Below are positions 1 to 10,624 of a stretch of DNA of 64,000 bases, piece by piece. The position numbers and the translations under genes were made by a program. The stretch comes from Eubacteriales bacterium (GTDB lineage Bacteria > Bacillota > Clostridia > Oscillospirales > CAG-272): assembly GCA_045577175.1 (NCBI GenBank), contig JAZNHT010000017.1, forward strand, positions 18,686 to 82,685, given 5' to 3'. Below the pieces are notes generated by a model. That model did no database searches and had not been told where the DNA came from. It saw nothing but the letters and a program-made list of their open reading frames with translations. Each line of letters opens with the position of its first letter. The first letter of the stretch is position 1.

Positions 1-173
1 CGGAGCTGTACGATAACATAGCGGCACTCAGACAGCTGCCGGAGGAGACGGTGCTTTGCATCCGCAGAATCTCCACGATGTCCGTGTTCAAGGGACAGAA
101 AAAAACCGAGGAAATGCACGCGCTGCATACCGCGCTGTTTGCCGCGCTCGTTTCGTTTGAATCGGCTGAATAA
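1..173 (+). CDS. 3' fragment of a hypothetical protein; the ORF enters from the left edge and stops at TAA 171-173
   Basis: Open frame 3 from position 3 to the stop. Translation ...ELYDNIAALRQLPEETVLCIRR...SFESAE has no recognisable family. Confidence 0.3.
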   Translation, partial: ELYDNIAALRQLPEETVLCIRRISTMSVFKGQKKTEEMHALHTALFAALVSFESAE

Positions 174-270
174 AAATAAACGGGGAACGGATGCCGTTTC
201 CCGTTTTTTATGGACAAAACCGAATCGGTGTGCTATAATGGATGAAAATGACACCGGACTGGAGATTTTT

Positions 271-999
271 ATGAGACTGCTTATCATCCGCCATGCGGAG
301 CCGGATTACGAAAACAATACGCTCACGGAAAAGGGATTTCGTGAGGCGGAAATGCTTGCCGACCGACTGAAAGACCGCACGATTGACGACATCTATTCCT
401 CGCCCTTGCCGCGCGCTGTCTATACCGCAGAGCCGACGGCGGCAAAGCTCGGCAAGGACGTGCACGTGCTTGAGTGGCTGCACGAATTTAAGGGCAGAGT
501 CATTATGCCGACGGGAGAGAGGGACATTGCGTGGAACATTCCGCCGCGCCTGTGGACACAGATGACCGAAATTTACCGCGCGGATACGTGGCAGAGCGCG
601 CCGATGTACGCATCCTTGAACGCACCCGAGGAATACAGGCGCGTTACGGGCGAATTTGATGCGCTTCTTGCAAAATACGGCATGACGCGCAAAAATCAGA
701 TATACACCTGCGCGAAAAATCCCGATACGACGGTCGCGATTTTCTGCCATTTCGCGCTCGGGATGGTACTGATCTCGCACCTGACGGGCATCTCGCCCGT
801 GCTGCTTTTGCAGACGATGTTTCTGCCGACGTCCTCTGTTACGGAGTTCGTCACAGAGGAGCGCGTGGAGGGCGAGGTCATCTTCAAATGTATGCAGATG
901 GGCGATACGTCGCATCTGTACGCGAAGGGCGAGCCGGTCTCCGCATCGGGACTGTACAGAGAATTTTTCGCCGGTGTGGATGCACCGCCGCAGGAATAA
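271..999 (+). CDS. histidine phosphatase family protein (phosphoglycerate-mutase-like)
   Basis: The N-terminus MRLLIIRHAEPDY is the RHG catalytic motif. GGAG lies 6 nt upstream of ATG 271. The track ORF 139..999 begins at an upstream TTG. Confidence 0.7.
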   Translation: MRLLIIRHAEPDYENNTLTEKGFREAEMLADRLKDRTIDDIYSSPLPRAVYTAEPTAAKLGKDVHVLEWLHEFKGRVIMPTGERDIAWNIPPRLWTQMTEIYRADTWQSAPMYASLNAPEEYRRVTGEFDALLAKYGMTRKNQIYTCAKNPDTTVAIFCHFALGMVLISHLTGISPVLLLQTMFLPTSSVTEFVTEERVEGEVIFKCMQMGDTSHLYAKGEPVSASGLYREFFAGVDAPPQE

Positions 1000-1008
1000 G
1001 GAGGAAGT

Positions 1009-2043
1009 ATGGCTGATATTTTGTTCATCGGTGCGGGCATGATGGCGTCCGCGCTCACGATTCCCGCATCGGAAAACGGGAATACCGTCCATCTGGCAGG
1101 CACGCCGCTGGATGACGGAATCATTGAGGAAATCCGAAAGACGGGCTATCACAAAACGCTGAAGCGTCAGCTTCCGCAGGACATCGATGCCTGCTTCACC
1201 GACGGGATTGCCGAACGGATCGGCAAGGCGGATTTGATTTTGTGCGGTGTGTCGAGCTTCGGTGTGGAGTGGTTCAAAAACGAGATCATTCCGATGATCC
1301 CCGAGTGCACGCCCGTGCTCGCCGTCACGAAGGGCATGATGCACGACGGCGAGGGATTTATCTCCTATCCCGAGTATTACGAAAAAACCACGGCGAAGAG
1401 GATCTCGTTTAACGCGATCGGCGGTCCGTGCACGAGCTACGAGCTGGCGGATCACGATCATTCCGCCGTCACCTTCTGCGGACGGGATATAGCCCTTCTA
1501 CGCACGCTCAAATCGTATTTTGAGACGGATTACTATCACGTCAGCCTTTCCACCGACATCCGCGGCGTGGAGTGTGCGGTCGCCTTGAAAAATGCGTATG
1601 CGCTCGCCGTCAGCTTTGCGATCGGGATGTCGTACAAGCGAGAGGGGCGCGAGTTTGAGCATTACAACTCGCAGGCGGCGCTGTTCGGGCAGGCGATCCG
1701 TGAGATGACGGGACTGCTTAACCTGTTCGGCGGCGACGGGTCGAATATCATGCTCGGCGCGGGGGATTTGTACGTCACGATTTTCGGCGGACGGACGCGC
1801 AAGCTCGGCACATTGCTCGGTATGGGGATGCCGTTTGACGAGGCGATGGACAAGCTCAGCGGCATCACGCTCGAATCGGTGGTGATTGCGGCGCGTACTG
1901 CGGAGGCACTCCGCCGTTTTGCCGCGGCAGGGAAGGCGAGAGTGGAGGACTATCCGCTGCTTTGCCACGTGGAGGAGCTGATTACGGGGAAATCCCTCGT
2001 GAATGTCCCGTGGGAGAAGTTCGAAAGCGAGTTCGTGAAATAA
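1009..2043 (+). CDS. NAD(P)H-dependent glycerol-3-phosphate dehydrogenase family protein (GpsA-like paralog)
   Basis: Rossmann N-terminus IGAGMMASALT. GpsA C-terminal signature GVECAVALKNAYALAVSFAIGM...GAGDLYVTIFGGRTRKLG. The gene follows the phosphatase after a 9-nt gap. Confidence 0.6.
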   Translation: MADILFIGAGMMASALTIPASENGNTVHLAGTPLDDGIIEEIRKTGYHKTLKRQLPQDIDACFTDGIAERIGKADLILCGVSSFGVEWFKNEIIPMIPECTPVLAVTKGMMHDGEGFISYPEYYEKTTAKRISFNAIGGPCTSYELADHDHSAVTFCGRDIALLRTLKSYFETDYYHVSLSTDIRGVECAVALKNAYALAVSFAIGMSYKREGREFEHYNSQAALFGQAIREMTGLLNLFGGDGSNIMLGAGDLYVTIFGGRTRKLGTLLGMGMPFDEAMDKLSGITLESVVIAARTAEALRRFAAAGKARVEDYPLLCHVEELITGKSLVNVPWEKFESEFVK

Positions 2044-2155
2044 AAAGAGCACCGACAGGTATCTGAAATACAGTAGGGCGGTGGCTTGCTGCCGCCGTAA
2101 CGAACTGTATAAAGCCAACTTTACGGCGGGAGCTAAACCCCCGCCCTACAAAAAA

Positions 2156-2188
2156 GGACAGAGAATTTACGGTTCTCTGTCCTTTTCG
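2156..2188. terminator. bidirectional intrinsic terminator between convergent genes
   Basis: Hairpin GGACAGAGAA-tttacgg-TTCTCTGTCC followed by TTTTCG, with an A-run upstream for the opposite strand. Confidence 0.6.
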
Positions 2189-2247
2189 TATGCCTTGCTA
2201 TCATATGCTGAAGCATGCAGGTGTTGTCGCGTGGCAGCAGGGCGGAA

Positions 2248-2901
2248 TCACTTACCTTCATTCTCTAAATAGTGCAATAAAGTTTGTCCCTCAGTACACA
2301 GTGACAGTGCTTGAACTGCCGTTTTTATGTTTCTGTCCGGATACTCAAATTCTGCGCTCCAATCGGCTTCGTCGAGCCGCTCCAAAAATCGCAATACCAG
2401 TATTTTTCCTAAAACAGCTTTGGCATACATATCGGTGTCGGTACAGCGTTCGATGACGGTTTCATAACGGCGCAAAGAATTTTCAATCAGTTCGTAAAAG
2501 AACGTACTGTTTGGGCTTTCTGATTGAATTTCGTCAAAAGCAAGTTGGTACTCTGCAAATGCCAGCCACTCCAAATAAGTATAATCGGTTGGATACGACA
2601 GAACTGCTTCTTTTGCCCACCAATAACTACTGCCATGATCTTGAGATGTTCTGTGTTTTTGCAATGCGGAATTGTATTTTTCCCTTGCCGGATCATGCTC
2701 AGCGTCGCTAATCCCCAAAAGTTCATCAGCCGATATACGGAGCGTCTTTGTCAGCGGTGCGATAAGAGAAATATCGGGACTTGATAAGCCGCATTCCCAT
2801 TTGGAAACCGCTTGATATGACACGCAAAGAGATTCGGCAAGTTTTTCTTGTGTCAGCCCGTTCTGCTTTCGTAACTGTTTAATTCTTTCACCTATCGTCA
2901 T
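2248..2901 (-). CDS. XRE-family HTH transcriptional regulator
   Basis: N-terminus MTIGERIKQLRKQNGLTQEKLAESLCVSYQAVSKWECG is a classic Cro/C1-type HTH. Confidence 0.8.
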   Translation of the reverse strand: MTIGERIKQLRKQNGLTQEKLAESLCVSYQAVSKWECGLSSPDISLIAPLTKTLRISADELLGISDAEHDPAREKYNSALQKHRTSQDHGSSYWWAKEAVLSYPTDYTYLEWLAFAEYQLAFDEIQSESPNSTFFYELIENSLRRYETVIERCTDTDMYAKAVLGKILVLRFLERLDEADWSAEFEYPDRNIKTAVQALSLCTEGQTLLHYLENEGK

Positions 2902-3009
2902 AAAAATCCCCTCTGAAATTCACTCGGTATCTTATCCCAATTATACTATATTCTGCGCACCAAAACAATAACTTATTTTTCGAAAAAATGGCAACCTGCG
3001 GTTGAGGCG

Positions 3010-3048
3010 GCAAAAAAACAGCGTACCTGCTGTATTGCCGGTACGCTG
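3010..3048 (-). terminator. intrinsic terminator for the his operon (read on the minus strand)
   Basis: Inverted repeat CAGCGTACC...GGTACGCTG. The A-run 3012-3018 on the plus strand is a T-run on the minus strand. It lies just downstream of the hisIE stop. Confidence 0.5.
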
Positions 3049-3065
3049 AGGGAGTTATTCTTTTT

Positions 3066-3716
3066 TCACTTCGTCATTTTCTCCTGCTTGACCTTGTGAT
3101 CGATCACGTGGCGGGAGGCGAGCTCCTTCAGAATATCCTCGTTGGAGATGCCCATTTCGACCATCAGAACCATTACATGGTACACGAGATCGGAGATCTC
3201 ATAGATCGTCTCCGCTTTGTCATCCGCCTTGCCTGCGATGATGACCTCGGTGCACTCCTCGCCGACCTTTTTGAGGATCTTATCGATGCCTTTTTCAAAC
3301 AGGTACGTCGTGTAGGAGCCCTCTTTCTTCTCCGTCTTGCGTCCGCGGATCAGCTCAAGAAGCGCGTCCGGCGAGAATGCGTTCTCCGTCTCGCTTACAT
3401 ATACATCATCGTTGAAGCAGGAATCCGCGCCCGTATGGCACGCCGGTCCCTCCTTGCGCACAAGAACGGTCAGCGCGTCATAATCGCAGTCCGCCGTGAT
3501 CTTCACGATGTGCTGGACGTTGCCGGACGTCTCGCCCTTGCGCCAAAGCTCCTTACGGGAGCGCGACCAGAAGCACGTGCGCCCCTCCTTCATGCTGATC
3601 TCCAGACTCTCGCGGTTCATGTACGCAAGCGTCAAAACCTTGCCCGTTTCCGCATCCGTTACGATCGCGGGAATCAGACCGTTTTCATCAAATTTCAACT
3701 TATCAACAGAAAGCAT
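3066..3716 (-). CDS. hisIE: bifunctional phosphoribosyl-AMP cyclohydrolase / phosphoribosyl-ATP pyrophosphatase
   Basis: 216 aa with a HisI cyclohydrolase N-terminal half and a HisE pyrophosphohydrolase C-terminal half. It is the last gene of the his cluster. Confidence 0.85.
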   Translation of the reverse strand: MLSVDKLKFDENGLIPAIVTDAETGKVLTLAYMNRESLEISMKEGRTCFWSRSRKELWRKGETSGNVQHIVKITADCDYDALTVLVRKEGPACHTGADSCFNDDVYVSETENAFSPDALLELIRGRKTEKKEGSYTTYLFEKGIDKILKKVGEECTEVIIAGKADDKAETIYEISDLVYHVMVLMVEMGISNEDILKELASRHVIDHKVKQEKMTK

Positions 3717-3733
3717 ATGTGTGTCCTCTTTTA

Positions 3734-4492
3734 TCAGATTCGTGCCGGAATGCCGGCGGTTTTGAGTGCGTGTTTGAGATCGGGGATCTTGACCTCCCCG
3801 AAGTGGAAGATCGATGCGGCAAGTCCTGCATCTACCTTCGGAAGTGCATTGAACAGCGTCACAAAATCTTCAATCTTACCCGCGCCGCCCGATGCGATTA
3901 CGGGAACGGAGACAACGCGGCACACCGCGTCCAGCATTTCGAGATCGAAGCCGCCCTTCACGCCGTCCGTGTCAATGCTGTTCAGAACGATCTCGCCCGC
4001 GCCGCTGTCTACGCCGCGGCGGATCCATTCGATTGCATCAATGCCTGTGTTCTCCCGTCCGCCTTTGGCGAACACGGTGAATTTACCGTCCACGCGCTTG
4101 ACGTCCACGGAGAGAACAACGCATTGGTCGCCGTATTTTTTTGCAGCCTCCCCGATGAGGAAAGGATTGCGGATCGCGCCCGAATTGACGCTCACCTTAT
4201 CCGCGCCGCATTTCAGCACGCGATCGAAATCGGCGACCGTATTGATGCCGCCGCCGACGGTCAGCGGAATGAAGATGGTCGATGCCACCTCGGTGAGGAT
4301 TTCGGTGAACAGGCCGCGTCCCTCCGCGGATGCGGTGATGTCGTAGAATACAAGCTCATCCGCACCGCAGTCGCTGTAATATTTCGCAAGCGAAACGGGG
4401 GAGGAAACGTCGTGCAGATCGAGAAAATTCGTGCCCTTGACCACGCGTCCGTCGCGCACGTCCAAACAGGGAATGATTCGTTTTGTTACCAT
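3734..4492 (-). CDS. hisF: imidazole glycerol phosphate synthase cyclase subunit
   Basis: [20 protein letters not shown]... is the canonical HisF N-terminus. The start is trimmed to MVTK. Confidence 0.9.
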   Translation of the reverse strand: MVTKRIIPCLDVRDGRVVKGTNFLDLHDVSSPVSLAKYYSDCGADELVFYDITASAEGRGLFTEILTEVASTIFIPLTVGGGINTVADFDRVLKCGADKVSVNSGAIRNPFLIGEAAKKYGDQCVVLSVDVKRVDGKFTVFAKGGRENTGIDAIEWIRRGVDSGAGEIVLNSIDTDGVKGGFDLEMLDAVCRVVSVPVIASGGAGKIEDFVTLFNALPKVDAGLAASIFHFGEVKIPDLKHALKTAGIPARI

Positions 4493-4493
4493 G

Positions 4494-5219
4494 TCAGATA
4501 CCTCCCTCACGGGCGACGGCGAGTGCGTCCTCAAGTTTGAGTGCACCGGTGTAGAGCACCCGCCCGACGATGGCGCCGTACACGCCGAGCTCTCGCATCG
4601 CGCGGAGATCGTCCAAGGTGGAGATGCCGCCCGAGGCGATGATGTTCATGGAAAGCTCGTTTTTCAGACGTGCGTACAACTCGCGGTTTGTGCCGCCCTG
4701 CATCCCGTCGCGGGAAATGTCCGTGCTGATGACGGTACGGATGCCGAGCGACTCAAGCTCGCGGCAAAATTCGAAGCACTCGCGCCCCGATACCTCCGTC
4801 CAACCGCGCACAGCAACGTAGCCGTCCTTAATATCGACGCCGACAGCGATGTGCTCGCCGTACTCCTTAGCCGCCGCCTTCAGAAAATCGGGATTTTCAA
4901 TCGCCGCCGTGCCGAGGATTACGCGGTGCGCACCTGCGGAGAGATATGTTTCCACCGTATCGAGCGAGCGGATGCCGCCGCCGATTTCCGTTTCAAGCGG
5001 TGTTGCGGAGAGGATCGCGCGAATCGTGTCGAGATTTGCCGTCGTGCCGTCCTTGGCACCTTCGAGATCGACAACATGCAGTTTTGTCGCACCTGCGGCG
5101 TAAAACCGTTTCGCTACGCCGACAGGATCGTTGTCGTAAACGGTCATTTGCTTATAATCTCCGCGGGTGAGGCGCACAGCCTTGCCCTCGTAGAGATCGA
5201 TTGCGGGAAAAATAAACAT
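4494..5219 (-). CDS. hisA: 1-(5-phosphoribosyl)-5-[(5-phosphoribosylamino)methylideneamino]imidazole-4-carboxamide isomerase
   Basis: [25 protein letters not shown] precedes this ATG. An alternative ATG 12 nt upstream overlaps the hisH stop as ATGA. Confidence 0.85.
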   Translation of the reverse strand: MFIFPAIDLYEGKAVRLTRGDYKQMTVYDNDPVGVAKRFYAAGATKLHVVDLEGAKDGTTANLDTIRAILSATPLETEIGGGIRSLDTVETYLSAGAHRVILGTAAIENPDFLKAAAKEYGEHIAVGVDIKDGYVAVRGWTEVSGRECFEFCRELESLGIRTVISTDISRDGMQGGTNRELYARLKNELSMNIIASGGISTLDDLRAMRELGVYGAIVGRVLYTGALKLEDALAVAREGGI

Positions 5220-5227
5220 ACCTGACC

Positions 5228-5866
5228 TCACTTTCCGATGCTTGCGGGATCACATCCGCAGAACGCGGCGAGAATGGCAAGACCGACCTTTCCGCTCTTT
5301 TCGGGATGGAACTGCATACCGCATACATTGCCGTCTGCGACCGCCGCGGTGATCTTCGCGCCGTAGTCGGTGTATGCGATCAGTGCGTCATCACAATCCA
5401 CGCCGCAGAACGAGTGGACGAAATAGACGCAGTCTCCCTCATTTATATAGCGGAAGACGGGATTTTTCTCCTTACCTTCGGGGAAGGCAAGCGCGTTCCA
5501 GCCGATGTGCGGGATTTTCATGCTGCCGTGCGTCAGATCGTCAATCGGGCGCACCGCCCCGTGGATCAGCCCCAGCCCGTCATGTTCGCCGTACTCGTAA
5601 CTTTTCTCAAACAGCATCTGCATACCGAGACAGATACCCATCAGCGGCTTGCCGGCTTTCGCTTCTTCAATTACAACGGTATCCAGTCCCGTTGCTCTGA
5701 GCTTTGCCGCCGCATCCCCGAATGCACCAACGCCTGGGAGGATGATTTTGTCCGCCTGGCGGATCACATCCGCGTCACCCGTGACGATGGCTTCCGCGCC
5801 GATGGCGGCGAGGGAGCTCTTCAGCGAGAACAGATTGCCAACGCCGTAGTCAACGATTGCGATCAT
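5228..5866 (-). CDS. hisH: imidazole glycerol phosphate synthase glutamine amidotransferase subunit
   Basis: MIAIVDYGVGNLFSL...; class-I GATase with GICLGMQ. Confidence 0.9.
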   Translation of the reverse strand: MIAIVDYGVGNLFSLKSSLAAIGAEAIVTGDADVIRQADKIILPGVGAFGDAAAKLRATGLDTVVIEEAKAGKPLMGICLGMQMLFEKSYEYGEHDGLGLIHGAVRPIDDLTHGSMKIPHIGWNALAFPEGKEKNPVFRYINEGDCVYFVHSFCGVDCDDALIAYTDYGAKITAAVADGNVCGMQFHPEKSGKVGLAILAAFCGCDPASIGK

Positions 5867-6462
5867 CAGAGGACTCCTTTGCTGGACGGGATCTCGCCCG
5901 CGGTGTCCGCGTCGATTTTCACAGCGGCACGGAGCACACGGGCGAACGATTTGAACGCGCCTTCGAGAATGTGGTGCGAGTTTTCGCCTGCCATCTGTCT
6001 GAGGTGGAGCGTCATCGCGGAGGTGCGCGTCAGTGCGAGGAAAAATTCCTTGCCGAGCTCGGTGTCAAACGTGCCGATTTTCGCCGCAGGAATAGCAAGC
6101 TCATACGCGAGATAGCCGCGTCCCGACAGATCGATGGCGCAGAGGATCAGCGCCTCGTCCATCGGCAGAAGCATCGAGCCGTAGCGGACGATGCCGCGTT
6201 TGTCGCCGAGGGCTTGGCGGATCGCCTCGCCGAGTGCGATACCGATGTCCTCGACGGAGTGGTGATCGTCCACATCCGTGTCGCCCGTGCATTTCACGGT
6301 CAGATCAAATCTGCCGTGGGAAGCAAACAGCGTCAGCATGTGATTGAGGAAGGGCACGCCCGTGTCAATGTCAGCCTTTCCCGTGCCGTCGAGATTCAGC
6401 TTCAGCGTAATATCCGTCTCCGCCGTCTTGCGGACGATGGATGCGATTCTTTCGTTATTCAT
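5866..6462 (-). CDS. hisB: imidazoleglycerol-phosphate dehydratase (monofunctional)
   Basis: 198 aa, RKTAETDI...HHSVEDIGIALG motifs. Confidence 0.9.
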   Translation of the reverse strand: MNNERIASIVRKTAETDITLKLNLDGTGKADIDTGVPFLNHMLTLFASHGRFDLTVKCTGDTDVDDHHSVEDIGIALGEAIRQALGDKRGIVRYGSMLLPMDEALILCAIDLSGRGYLAYELAIPAAKIGTFDTELGKEFFLALTRTSAMTLHLRQMAGENSHHILEGAFKSFARVLRAAVKIDADTAGEIPSSKGVL

Positions 6463-7532
6463 AAGGAACCTCCTTGGGGGAGAATTTCAGTCAGTGCATC
6501 GATCAGTGCCTGCATCTCCTCGGGCGCACCGACGGTGATGCGCAGATACGGAGAGATGCGATCCACACTGAAGTGACGGACGAGAACGCCGCGCGCCTTG
6601 AGCGCGAGATAAAGTGCTTCGCCGTCCATGGTGTTATGCTTCGCGAAGAGGAAATTCGCCTTGGAATCGGTCATCGTGAAGCCGAGCGTGGCGAGCTTTT
6701 TTGCCGTCCATGCGCGCGTCTCCATGATTTTTCGGCAATTGCCGTTATAGTAATCCTGCGCGGCGAGCGTTGCCTCGCCTGCCGCACACGTCAGTCGGTT
6801 GACGTTGTACGGATTCGTTGAAAATTTGATCTTGTTCAAGTCCGCAATCAGCGATGCGTTTCCGATCGCAAAGCCGAGACGGGCTCCTGCCATAGATCGG
6901 GATTTGGAAAACGTCTGCACGACGAGCAGATTGTCATGCTTCTTTGTAAGCGGTACGGCGGATTCCGCGCCGAAATCCACATACGCCTCATCAATCACAA
7001 CGACGTTGTTCGGATTGCGGCGGACGATCTCTTCGATTTCGGCAATTGCCAAAGTAATACCGGTCGGGGCGTTCGGATTGGCAATCACGACGGTTGCGCC
7101 TGCGCCGTAATAGTCCGAGGGACGGATGGTGAAATCCTCCGCAAGGGGAACGGCGGTATAGCGGATGCCGTACAGATTTGCATAGACTTTGTAAAATCCG
7201 TAAGAAATATCGGGGAACACCGCACCGCAGTCGGCATCGCAGAACGCCATAAACGCAAATGAAAGCGACTCATCCGAGCCGTTGGAGATGAACACGTTTT
7301 CAATCTCCACACCGTACTGCGCGGCAAGTGCCTCGCGCAATCGGCGGCATTCGGGATCGGAATACAGCTTCAGATTCCGCACCTCGAGGTCATTGATGCG
7401 CTCGATCACACCGGGCGCGGGCGGATAGGGGGATTCGTTCGTGTTCAGCTTAACGTATTTTTTGTCCTGCGGCTGCTCGCCCGGGACGTATTCCTTCAGA
7501 GAATCAAATCGGCGGCTGATAAAGCGGCTCAT
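6459..7532 (-). CDS. hisC: histidinol-phosphate aminotransferase
   Basis: 357 aa PLP class-II aminotransferase. The stop/start overlaps hisB by 4 nt. Confidence 0.85.
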   Translation of the reverse strand: MSRFISRRFDSLKEYVPGEQPQDKKYVKLNTNESPYPPAPGVIERINDLEVRNLKLYSDPECRRLREALAAQYGVEIENVFISNGSDESLSFAFMAFCDADCGAVFPDISYGFYKVYANLYGIRYTAVPLAEDFTIRPSDYYGAGATVVIANPNAPTGITLAIAEIEEIVRRNPNNVVVIDEAYVDFGAESAVPLTKKHDNLLVVQTFSKSRSMAGARLGFAIGNASLIADLNKIKFSTNPYNVNRLTCAAGEATLAAQDYYNGNCRKIMETRAWTAKKLATLGFTMTDSKANFLFAKHNTMDGEALYLALKARGVLVRHFSVDRISPYLRITVGAPEEMQALIDALTEILPQGGSL

Positions 7533-8812
7533 GCGTCAGCCTCCGTTTTCCGTGCGGTGGCACTCCGTCCGTGTGCGGACAGCCCCTCCGCCTCGGCGAA
7601 GTAGGCGATGTCATCCGCGACGGCGGCGAGTGCGTCTGCCGTATAGTAGGAGAACGCGGATTTCTTCACGAAATCGTCCACGGAAAGAGGGCTTGAGAAG
7701 CGCGCCGTGCCGCTTGTCGGGAGCGTGTGATTCGGTCCGGCAAAATAGTCGCCGAGTGCCTCGGGGCAGTTCTTTCCGAGGAAGATGGAGCCTGCGTTTT
7801 TGATCGAATCGAGATAGTCGAACGGATTGTCCACGCACACCTCAAGGTGCTCAGGCGCGATGCGGTTGGAGATTTCGATCGCCTCTTTAATGGATGCGCA
7901 GAGGATGATTTTTCCGTTATTATCAATGGACGCACGCGCGATCTCACGGCGGGGAAGTGCATCGATCTGCACCTCCAGCTCCGCTTGAACGGCAATTGCC
8001 AAAGATTCACTGTCCGTCACAAGAACGGCACTGGCAAGGCGGTCGTGCTCCGCCTGCGAGAGCAGATCTGCCGCGACAACGCGCGGATCGCACGTGCCGT
8101 CCGCGATGACGAGAATCTCGCTCGGACCGGCGATCATGTCGATGCCGACCTGCCCGAACACTTGCTTTTTTGCCTCGGCAACAAAGGCGTTTCCGGGACC
8201 TACGATTTTGTCAACCTGTGGGATTGTTTCCGTTCCGTATGCGAGTGCGGCAACAGCCTGCGCACCGCCGACCTTGAAAATGCGTCCGACGCCTGCAATT
8301 TTGGCAGCTGCCAAAATTACGGGATTGATCTTGCCGCCGAACGTCGGCGGGGAGACCATGACGATCTCGCCGACACCTGCGATTTTCGCAGGGAGGCAGT
8401 TCATCAGAACGGAGGAAGGGTAGCTGGCCGTGCCGCCGGGAACGTACAGACCGACCTTTTCAAGCGGAATGACCTTCTGCCCGAGAACGATGCCCTCGTT
8501 TTCGTTGATGATAAATCCGGAGCGCTTCTGATGCTCGTGGAAGGCGGTGATGTTCGCCGCACTTCTGCGCATCACCTCAAGCAGCTTCGGATCGGTTTTT
8601 GCGAATGCTTCCTCGATCTCCGCATCGGTTACTTCGATTGCGTCGAGCTTTGCGCGGTCAAACTTCTCCGAATACATGCGGAGTGCCGCATCCCCATCCT
8701 TGCGGACGGTTGCAATAATGTCGGCAACAACGCCTGACACGTCAGCGGCGGATACGTCTCTTGCGAAAATTTCCGCATCGGTGACGGTGCCGCGTTTGAA
8801 AATCTGTATCAT
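7529..8812 (-). CDS. hisD: histidinol dehydrogenase
   Basis: 427 aa; the stop/start overlaps hisC by 4 nt. Confidence 0.9.
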   Translation of the reverse strand: MIQIFKRGTVTDAEIFARDVSAADVSGVVADIIATVRKDGDAALRMYSEKFDRAKLDAIEVTDAEIEEAFAKTDPKLLEVMRRSAANITAFHEHQKRSGFIINENEGIVLGQKVIPLEKVGLYVPGGTASYPSSVLMNCLPAKIAGVGEIVMVSPPTFGGKINPVILAAAKIAGVGRIFKVGGAQAVAALAYGTETIPQVDKIVGPGNAFVAEAKKQVFGQVGIDMIAGPSEILVIADGTCDPRVVAADLLSQAEHDRLASAVLVTDSESLAIAVQAELEVQIDALPRREIARASIDNNGKIILCASIKEAIEISNRIAPEHLEVCVDNPFDYLDSIKNAGSIFLGKNCPEALGDYFAGPNHTLPTSGTARFSSPLSVDDFVKKSAFSYYTADALAAVADDIAYFAEAEGLSAHGRSATARKTEADA

Positions 8813-8829
8813 GGTAAATCCTCGCTTGG

Positions 8830-9468
8830 TTATTTCTTCTCGGCGCGCTGTGCCGTCAGCTCAGCCATTTTTGCGGCGAGTGCGGTGATTGCGTCGTTGT
8901 AGAATTTGTAGCTGACCTTGTTTGCGATCAGGCGTGCGCTGATCGGAACGATCGTTTCGATGACGGACAGATCGTTTTCCTTCAGCGTCGTGCCCGTTTC
9001 CACGATGTCCACGATCACGTCGGAAAGCCCGAGAATCGGGGCAAGCTCAATGGAGCCGTTCAACTTGATGATGTCGATGTCGCGGCTCTGCTCGTTGTAG
9101 AACGTGCGCGCGATGTTTACGAATTTCGTAGCCACGCGGAGCGTTTTGCCTGCGTCATAGCGGAAGCCGTTCTTCGCGGCGACTGCCATACGGCATTTTC
9201 CGACGTCGAGATCGCAAAGCTCATAGACGTCGGGCGTGTACTCAAGGAGAATATCCTTGCCTGCCACGCCTATGTCCGCCGCGCCGCGCTCGACGTAGAT
9301 TGCCACGTCGGACGGCTTTACCCAGAAGTAGCGCACGCCCGTCTCTTCGTTTTCGAAGATCAGCCGTCTGCCGCCTTCTTTGAGCGCGGGACATCCGTAC
9401 CCTGCCGCCTCAAACGTTTCGTATACCTTTTCTCCCAGCCGTCCCTTCGGCAGGGCAATATTAATCAT
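8830..9468 (-). CDS. hisG: ATP phosphoribosyltransferase, short form
   Basis: MINIALPKGRLGEK...; the short form is consistent with the adjacent hisZ. Start trimmed to MINIAL. Confidence 0.85.
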   Translation of the reverse strand: MINIALPKGRLGEKVYETFEAAGYGCPALKEGGRRLIFENEETGVRYFWVKPSDVAIYVERGAADIGVAGKDILLEYTPDVYELCDLDVGKCRMAVAAKNGFRYDAGKTLRVATKFVNIARTFYNEQSRDIDIIKLNGSIELAPILGLSDVIVDIVETGTTLKENDLSVIETIVPISARLIANKVSYKFYNDAITALAAKMAELTAQRAEKK

Positions 9469-10582
9469 GTGTTTCAAGAATCTCAAGCCCCCTGTCCTTC
9501 ATTGCGAGCAGCTGTCTGTAGCGGAATCCCTCGGGAATACGTCTCTGTGCGCGCACCGTTTTGCCGCTTTCTCCGAGCATTTTGACCGCGCGCGTCAGTG
9601 CGACCGCATCGGTATCTTCATCATAGAGAAGCAGAATGTCCGCATCAAAGCCGCGCTCGGGCGTGTTGTATCTTTCAAGCAGATCGAGATAGACCGCGAA
9701 GCCGATCGCACCGCCCGATTTGCCCATTTTTGTGAGCAGATTGTCGTACCGACCGCCTGCAAGCACCGCGTCGGGAATCCCCTCAATGAATCCGCTCAGG
9801 ATGATGCCGTTGTAGTACGACATATCGTTGACGGTGGAGAAATCCAGATTCACGTGCTCCGCATATCCTGCGGCATCCAGAACGGCGTGAACCGCTTCCA
9901 GCTCGTCAAGGGCATCGTTCTCCGCTTTGCCCATGCTGATCGCGCGGAGCTTGCCGATTGCCTCGGCAAACGGACCGTACAGCGTAGCCGCCGTCGTCAG
10001 CCGTGCACACGCATCCTCACCGATTCCGGCATCCTTACAGACGGCGGCGATCCCGTGCGCGTTTTTCTCACGGATGCATCCGATCAGTGCATCGCGCACG
10101 TCGCCCTCTGCACCGATTTCGTCGAGAAGGGCGGAGAGGAAGCCCATATGCGATATGTCGAGAATGTAATTTTCGCCGATTGTGGCAAGGCTCTGCACCG
10201 CGAGCAGGATGACCTCGCCCGTCTGATACAGATCGATTTCGCCGATGCACTCCAGACCGACCTGCATGATTTCGGAGATTTCGCGGCTGTCCTTCGACTC
10301 GCGGTAGACGTTTTCGGTGTAATACACCTTTTTCGTTTCCGCGCCGTCCCGTGCGTTTTTGACAATCGAGAGCGTAACGTCCGGACGGAGTGCCATCAGC
10401 CGTCCGCCGTCGGCGGTGAAGGTGATGATGCTGTCGCCGCGGAGAAAGCTCTTGTTCTTCGCGTACAGATCGTACTCCTCGAATTTGCTCATTTTGAAGC
10501 GGGCGTAGCCGTATCGGCTGTAGAGATCTCTGAGGGCAAAAACGGCACCCTCGCTGCCCAGACTCTCTTTCGTAATATCCAT
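9461..10582 (-). CDS. hisZ: ATP phosphoribosyltransferase regulatory subunit (HisRS paralog)
   Basis: HisRS-like catalytic core without an anticodon-binding domain. Overlaps hisG by 8 nt. The start MDITKES was chosen because the upstream ATG lies 5' of the predicted promoter -10. Confidence 0.8.
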   Translation of the reverse strand: MDITKESLGSEGAVFALRDLYSRYGYARFKMSKFEEYDLYAKNKSFLRGDSIITFTADGGRLMALRPDVTLSIVKNARDGAETKKVYYTENVYRESKDSREISEIMQVGLECIGEIDLYQTGEVILLAVQSLATIGENYILDISHMGFLSALLDEIGAEGDVRDALIGCIREKNAHGIAAVCKDAGIGEDACARLTTAATLYGPFAEAIGKLRAISMGKAENDALDELEAVHAVLDAAGYAEHVNLDFSTVNDMSYYNGIILSGFIEGIPDAVLAGGRYDNLLTKMGKSGGAIGFAVYLDLLERYNTPERGFDADILLLYDEDTDAVALTRAVKMLGESGKTVRAQRRIPEGFRYRQLLAMKDRGLEILETHD

Positions 10583-10624
10583 ATCGTAAACCTCGGTGGA
10601 ATGGGATTTTTTACTCTGCGGTAT

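Noticed and set aside
208-1461. 417-aa minus-strand ORF overlapping the phosphatase and GpsA-like genes
   Set aside because: It is Arg-rich antisense of two recognisable plus-strand genes that have RBSs. The same reasoning applies to the plus-strand ORFs 3096..4346 and 3719..4540 opposite hisIE/hisF. It also applies to 9380..10657 opposite hisZ, 12145..13317 opposite the nucleotidyltransferase, 24523..25665 opposite glyQS and 29561..30850 opposite the ABC exporter. The same holds for the minus-strand ORFs 30980..32140 opposite the aminopeptidase, 35229..36413 opposite potBC and 48036..50631 opposite the sugar cluster.
5219-5231. Alternative hisA start MRSGM at 5231 (ATGA overlap with the hisH stop)
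   Set aside because: It is kept as a possibility. The ATG at 5219 is preferred because a GAGGT Shine-Dalgarno sequence sits 5-9 nt upstream of it and the product then begins [10 protein letters not shown] like other HisA proteins.
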